Below, one piece after another: positions 59,166-64,000 of a stretch of DNA of 64,000 nt. Origin of the DNA: an uncultured Candidatus Saccharibacteria bacterium (lineage in GTDB: Bacteria > Patescibacteriota > WWE3 > CAZQFB01); NCBI GenBank assembly GCA_964592525.1, contig CAZQFB010000001.1, positions 1,212 to 65,211 on the forward strand, in the 5' to 3' direction. Made by a program: the position numbers and the translations under genes. Numbering within the stretch: position 1 is the stretch's first letter; every line of letters starts with the position of its first letter. The notes under the pieces are model-generated. The model saw only the letters and a program-made list of their open reading frames with translations, was not told the DNA's origin and searched no databases.

Positions 59166-60667
59166 ACTTTTTCTGCGACTTTATATTCCATGTACTTACC
59201 AAACATCAAACGTGTTTGTGAATGAAGCCCAGGTAACGCAGCCATAAATAAGGTTGCAATTGGCAAAAGAAACCATTGTAAATAGACAAGGGGTTTTTGC
59301 CAAAGAGGTTTTTTAGTAACGTTGGGTGGTCTAAGTTGTGTATCAATAAAGATGGTGATTAATAAGGTGAATAAGCTAAAGGTCAAAATATGCCCAGCAA
59401 ATCTAGGTAGGTTTTGACCCAGTACTGTTTGTTCGAAGGCGGGGTTAATTAAAGGTGGTATGGTTGCTGCTAAAGTAACAAAAAACCAGCTAGTTGACCA
59501 AAGCAACTGTGATTCAATTACTTTAAAAACACGCAAGCTTCTAATGCCCAAGTTAATTTCAGGATGCTTAAAAAATTGAATGATCACATAAGGCACCAGG
59601 GTAACCCCCCAAGCATGTCTGGTGCATTGTTCGTAACGATTCACTAAAGAACCTAAATAAGTTTTAGCTTCGGCAGCATCAATAGTAGTGGGTAAATAAA
59701 TTGGCTCAACCTCAACCTCACCGTTCACACTAAAAAAAGATTTTAGGAAAATATGCCAATCTTCCGGTATGATGTCAGGATCCCAATAATCGATTTCCTC
59801 TAGTAATTTAAGGCTGGTAGAATATGTGGAATAGTTTATGGCTAGCTTTCTAGGTTCTTGGGCATCAAAAAGATGAAAAGAACCGCCTAAGATGCTGACG
59901 ACTCTAACTAAAGCTGGTACTCTTTCAATATTGTTGTGTTCGAGGATGATTGGTTGCCAAAAACGACGGTACCTATTCGGATTGGCTAAAAACTTTACCG
60001 TTAAGGCACTAAAATATTTGGGGTGGAATCTAGCGTCGGCGTCACAAGTGGAGAGAGTTATTTTTTTAATGTCCAGACCTTGGTTATCTACCAACTTCTC
60101 CTTGACTTTGATTGCTGCCCACCTCTCATTAGCGGCTTTGCCCTTGACTTCACCGACAATGTTGTCGGGATGATACTCCGCCCACATCTTCTTAAAATGA
60201 TGTTGATATTCTTTAATTAGTAGTTCGGCTTTTTCTCGACTGTCTTGAGCTCTTTCTTCCATAGCTAAAACTACATATAGTTGCCTTCGAGCTATTTCTT
60301 GAGCTGCTAAAGCCGAAAGAGATCTTCTTAAGACATTGGCTGATTCATTATAATTTGGAATTAAGACCACGTGCGTAATTTCCTCCCATTGGTAGGGAAC
60401 TTGTTTCTGGATTAACTGATAATATTTTTGCCAGTTAGTGTTTTTATATTCTTTAATTTTTAAAAAACCTTGAATGGAATAAATACCTAAAGTTAAGGAG
60501 CGGTAAGCCCAAAATCCCATGAAGATTAATACGGTATAGGCTACTAATGTAGGCCAGAAAAGCGATGCCCAAAAGGGAAATAAAATGATCATCCAGACCG
60601 TAAAACCGGGGAATATTTCTAGAAGTCTCTGTATTTTAGGTTCGTTACGTTCAACAAAATCTTTCAT
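59162..60667 (-). CDS. Membrane glycosyltransferase family 2 (processive type)
   Basis: IPNYNE, GKAAN, DAD, IPEDW, QCTRHAWG. Confidence 0.85.
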   Translation of the reverse strand: MKDFVERNEPKIQRLLEIFPGFTVWMIILFPFWASLFWPTLVAYTVLIFMGFWAYRSLTLGIYSIQGFLKIKEYKNTNWQKYYQLIQKQVPYQWEEITHVVLIPNYNESANVLRRSLSALAAQEIARRQLYVVLAMEERAQDSREKAELLIKEYQHHFKKMWAEYHPDNIVGEVKGKAANERWAAIKVKEKLVDNQGLDIKKITLSTCDADARFHPKYFSALTVKFLANPNRYRRFWQPIILEHNNIERVPALVRVVSILGGSFHLFDAQEPRKLAINYSTYSTSLKLLEEIDYWDPDIIPEDWHIFLKSFFSVNGEVEVEPIYLPTTIDAAEAKTYLGSLVNRYEQCTRHAWGVTLVPYVIIQFFKHPEINLGIRSLRVFKVIESQLLWSTSWFFVTLAATIPPLINPAFEQTVLGQNLPRFAGHILTFSLFTLLITIFIDTQLRPPNVTKKPLWQKPLVYLQWFLLPIATLFMAALPGLHSQTRLMFGKYMEYKVAEKV

Positions 60668-61443
60668 AAGGAAAATAACTTTTGGGCAGTCATTGTTGTA
60701 TTTTTCGCTACTGTGCCAATTTCTTGTTTACGAAGCTGGGCTATTTTGCCAGCTATCTTGATTAAATTGGCTGGTGTATTAGGCAATTTCCTTTCTGGTG
60801 CAGGTGGTAAAAACGGGCAGTCGGTTTCAAGCATATAACTATCATCCGGAATCCTTTCCACAACGTCAAGTAGCGCTTCCGTATTGTTATAGGTTACTAT
60901 TGCTGTGAAGGAGATTATTATACCTATTTTTAGGTAACTTTGCGCAAGTTGCCAGTCACCACTGAAACAATGGATTACTCCTTTCAATTTGGTACCTTTA
61001 TACCTTTGCAGTTCAGTTAAAATATCTTCATGGGCATTACGACTGTGGATGATGACTGGTAAATTTAGATCTACGGCTAGCCCCAATTGCCTTCGGAAGA
61101 GCTCTTTTTGTTTAACGGGATAATTTTGTTTTGAACATTGAGTTGAATAATCAAGTCCGGTTTCTCCGATGGCTATCACTTTATTTTTTTCAGCTAGCGA
61201 ATTAAGCAATTGGTATTGACTTTCGTTAGTGCGACAAGCTTCCGTTGGATGTATGCCTACCGCACAAAATATTGAGGGGTGTTCTTGCGCCAGCTTAAGT
61301 GCTTGTTGTGAATCTGCTATAGAGGTACCAACGCTAATCAGTTTTTCTACCCCCACCTTTTTTGCCTGCTTAAGGTGTTCTGGTGGGTTTTGATTCAAAG
61401 GGTAATGTGATAGGTGAGTGTGGGTATCAATAAGGACTATCAC
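60664..61443 (-). CDS. tatD: TatD-family hydrolase
   Basis: DTHTH, GIHP, IGETGLDY, IIHSR, HCFSG, ETDCPFL. Confidence 0.93.
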   Translation of the reverse strand: MIVLIDTHTHLSHYPLNQNPPEHLKQAKKVGVEKLISVGTSIADSQQALKLAQEHPSIFCAVGIHPTEACRTNESQYQLLNSLAEKNKVIAIGETGLDYSTQCSKQNYPVKQKELFRRQLGLAVDLNLPVIIHSRNAHEDILTELQRYKGTKLKGVIHCFSGDWQLAQSYLKIGIIISFTAIVTYNNTEALLDVVERIPDDSYMLETDCPFLPPAPERKLPNTPANLIKIAGKIAQLRKQEIGTVAKNTTMTAQKLFSL

Positions 61444-62867
61444 AACATTTTTGGATAGAGTGGTTTAAGGGCAGTAATTTTCTGTTGCGAAAAATGGTTT
61501 AAAATAGTGTTTGCTGTCGCGGGTAATAACGGTTGTAGTAAAATACCAATACAGAGTAATTCTTTAATTATCGCTTTTAGGGTTAGGGTCAATTCAACAT
61601 CGTCTTGTTCCCAAATTTTATTCTCACTTATTTCTTTATCTAACAAAGAGATTTTATTCCAAATATATTCTAAGGCTTTTTGAAAATTTAAAGAGTCCAT
61701 GTATGTTTGATATTCAGGTGTTTGCCTTTCTTTTAAGGAAGGCGGTGTTAGGTTATAGTCAGCGTTAGTTCTTTCAGCCAATTTAGCTACCCGGGCACAT
61801 AAATTACCAAGACCATGGGCAAGTTTAGCATTATATCTTTCTTTAAGTTGGGAGAGCGAAAAATCACCATCAGCACCAAAAGGTATTTCTGAAAAAAGAT
61901 AATAACGAATGGCATCAAAAGTAAATTGATTTTTTAAAGCAAGGGGATTTATGGTGTTGCCTAGAGTTTTGCTCATTTTCTCACCATTTAAGGTAAAGAA
62001 GCCGTGCACAAATATTTGTTTGGGTAGCTCTAACTTGGCTGACATTAACATAGCTGGCCACAAAGCACAGTGGAATTTAGTGATATCGCGACCAACTAAA
62101 TGTACATTAGCAGGCCAGTAATGTTTAAAGTGTTTTTCATCGTGACCAAAACCAATACCAGTCAAGTAATTGATTAAAGCATCAAACCAAACATAGATTG
62201 TGTGTGTTGGGTCTAAAGGTAGTTTGATACCCCAGCTTAAACCTTGTCTTGAGATGCTGATATCTTCCATATAATCCTGCACATAATTCAGTACTTCTTT
62301 GCGGCGACCGCTTGGTTGAATAAAGTGAGGATTGTTTTGGTAGTGTTGTAGCAGTTGTTCTTTGTATTTCGTCAGTCTGAAAAAGTAATTTTCCTCTTCA
62401 ATTGCTTGGCACTTTATTTTATGGATCGGACAGTAATCATCCGCATCTAGGTCTCTTTTTGTTTTGAATTCTTCACAGCGCGAACAGTAAAGACCTTTAT
62501 AGTGACCCTTATAAATATCCCCCTGCGCATATACTCGGGAGAAGAATTCTAAAACACCCTGTTTATGTTGTGGCGACGAAGTACGGATAAAAGCAGAATT
62601 ACTGATGTCTAGTTCTTGCCAGGTTTTCTGCCAATTGTTAGACATTTTACGCACATACTCTTGCACCTCTTCTCCCTTTTCTGTGGCTGTTTCCAGGGAG
62701 CTTTTAGCGTGTTCATCGGTGCCTGTTAAGAAAAAGGAATCTTGTTTTAACAGAGTGTGATATCTATTTAAGATATCAGCAGCTATGGTAGTGTAGGCAT
62801 GTCCGATATGTGGTAGATCGTTCACATAATAAATTGGAGTTGTAACATAATAGGTATCTTTGCTCAT
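61440..62867 (-). CDS. metG: Methionine--tRNA ligase (short form)
   Basis: YYVNDLPHIGH, GTDEH, YVWFDAL.NY, KMSKT. Confidence 0.96.
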   Translation of the reverse strand: MSKDTYYVTTPIYYVNDLPHIGHAYTTIAADILNRYHTLLKQDSFFLTGTDEHAKSSLETATEKGEEVQEYVRKMSNNWQKTWQELDISNSAFIRTSSPQHKQGVLEFFSRVYAQGDIYKGHYKGLYCSRCEEFKTKRDLDADDYCPIHKIKCQAIEEENYFFRLTKYKEQLLQHYQNNPHFIQPSGRRKEVLNYVQDYMEDISISRQGLSWGIKLPLDPTHTIYVWFDALINYLTGIGFGHDEKHFKHYWPANVHLVGRDITKFHCALWPAMLMSAKLELPKQIFVHGFFTLNGEKMSKTLGNTINPLALKNQFTFDAIRYYLFSEIPFGADGDFSLSQLKERYNAKLAHGLGNLCARVAKLAERTNADYNLTPPSLKERQTPEYQTYMDSLNFQKALEYIWNKISLLDKEISENKIWEQDDVELTLTLKAIIKELLCIGILLQPLLPATANTILNHFSQQKITALKPLYPKML

Positions 62868-62894
62868 AACCCCGCTATTTTAGCATATCAACCT

Positions 62895-63269
62895 TTAATG
62901 ATAGCGCTTAAAATAAACTTCTAAACAGATTAAGATAGTAATTAATAACAAGATAGTAGCTTCGTTAATGAGCTGAGTAACCTTAAAAAAGGCGATGAGG
63001 CTGACACCACTACTAAATAAGGTGCTACGGCGAAAACTTTCTGTGAAAATTAGGTTTTGGTTGGTGTGGTAATTTAATTTTCTTAAAGTACGTTGGTATA
63101 AAATGATGGTCAAGCTTGAGCTAAGCGCGAAAAAAAATAATACTAAAAATAATCCTATCTCTTGCCAGGAAGCTGGAGAGACGTAAAAAATCATTAATGT
63201 AGCTAGGGTTGAAGTCAGCAAGGCTAGAAAGGCAGTCGCTAAAACAGGCGGTTTCATTAGCCAAATCAT
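62895..63269 (-). CDS. Hypothetical four-helix membrane protein
   Basis: Four TM segments, SFRRS motif; upstream of metG. Confidence 0.65.
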   Translation of the reverse strand: MIWLMKPPVLATAFLALLTSTLATLMIFYVSPASWQEIGLFLVLFFFALSSSLTIILYQRTLRKLNYHTNQNLIFTESFRRSTLFSSGVSLIAFFKVTQLINEATILLLITILICLEVYFKRYH

Positions 63270-63576
63270 ACACTGCCTCTGCTTGAGATGCTAATAATCA
63301 AGATTAAGTTAGCCTTTAGGCTGGAAATTTCGCTACGGTGTGCTCTTGAAAGCAGACACTTTAAGCTGATACCTAAACAGGGTTCTTCATATAGTAGCTA
63401 TCTATTAAGTTTTGCTTTGGTGCAGATGAAATTGTGACAAGGAGTACTGTTTTTAGATATCAGTGGCAGTGAGGAAAAGGTAATTTTTTTTTGCCAGTCG
63501 TGATTAGTATTTTTGCTTTATTTTTCTATGGGGACGGAACTTGATACCTTGAGGGGATATCGGTACACTGAAAGAA

Positions 63577-64000
63577 ATGTCCAAGCCCTTGTTTTCTTTT
63601 CATTCTTCTTCCTTAACTTATCGTTTTTTAGTTGGGGGATCATTGCTTTTATTGGTCATGGGTTTGCTTGGGAGTGCTTTTCTGTTCTTTTACTTAAGTA
63701 GTAGTAGAGAAGAGCAAGAACTTAGACCAGTGAATATTCCCGAGGTTGTGAAGAGAGCGCCTAAATATGAGGAGATTTCTAATGTGTGTTCTGGTACAAA
63801 GGTATTCACTTCTTTGAGTGAAGCTCTGGCTGAACCCTTGGAAGTGTGTGACCTACGATTATCATCTTCTTTTATTAGCGAGCTGCCGGATGACTTTGCG
63901 CTGTTAACGCAGGTTAGAGTTCTGTATCTTAATGATAATGAACTGACTGAAATACCGGTAGAGTTGTTAGCTCTGACTAGATTGGAAGAACTACATATTA
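63577..64000 (+). CDS. Leucine-rich-repeat membrane-anchored protein (runs off the window end)
   Basis: Hand translation: MSKPLF...TM helix...VFTSLSEALAEPLEVCDLRLSSSFISELPDDFALLTQVRVLYLNDNELTEIPVELLALTRLEELHI; no stop before 64000, so absent from the ORF track. Confidence 0.8.
   Translation, partial: MSKPLFSFHSSSLTYRFLVGGSLLLLVMGLLGSAFLFFYLSSSREEQELRPVNIPEVVKRAPKYEEISNVCSGTKVFTSLSEALAEPLEVCDLRLSSSFISELPDDFALLTQVRVLYLNDNELTEIPVELLALTRLEELHI

Overview
Gene-dense bacterial chromosome segment (genetic code 11, TGA used as stop). Gene content and protein styles suggest a Patescibacteria/CPR organism of the Microgenomates-WWE3 type (inference). Most of the window is housekeeping: recA-recX, greA-lysS-serS, uppP, secA, a membrane-anchored Clp ATPase, prfB, ftsEX with an M23 protein, tsaE/tsaB, miaA/miaB, pgk, HU, ymdB-rny, comM, groESL, hsp20, a glycan/envelope cluster, tatD and metG. 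It also holds tRNA-Pro(GGG), tRNA-Cys(GCA) and an unusually long (~570 nt) RNase P RNA. Three regions stand out. (1) A large serine recombinase at the 3' end of tRNA-Pro is bracketed by a perfect 158-bp inverted repeat (194-351 / 1903-2060). The upstream copy carries an alternative in-frame C-terminus for the recombinase and sits among a run of triloop hairpins. (2) A ~530-nt intergenic region upstream of groES appears highly structured and pseudoknotted and matches no RNA family I recognise. (3) An AT-richer island beside tRNA-Cys encodes a radical SAM enzyme, a carbamoyltransferase and an ATP-grasp ligase. All pairings and motifs were read by eye; no searches or folding programs were run.
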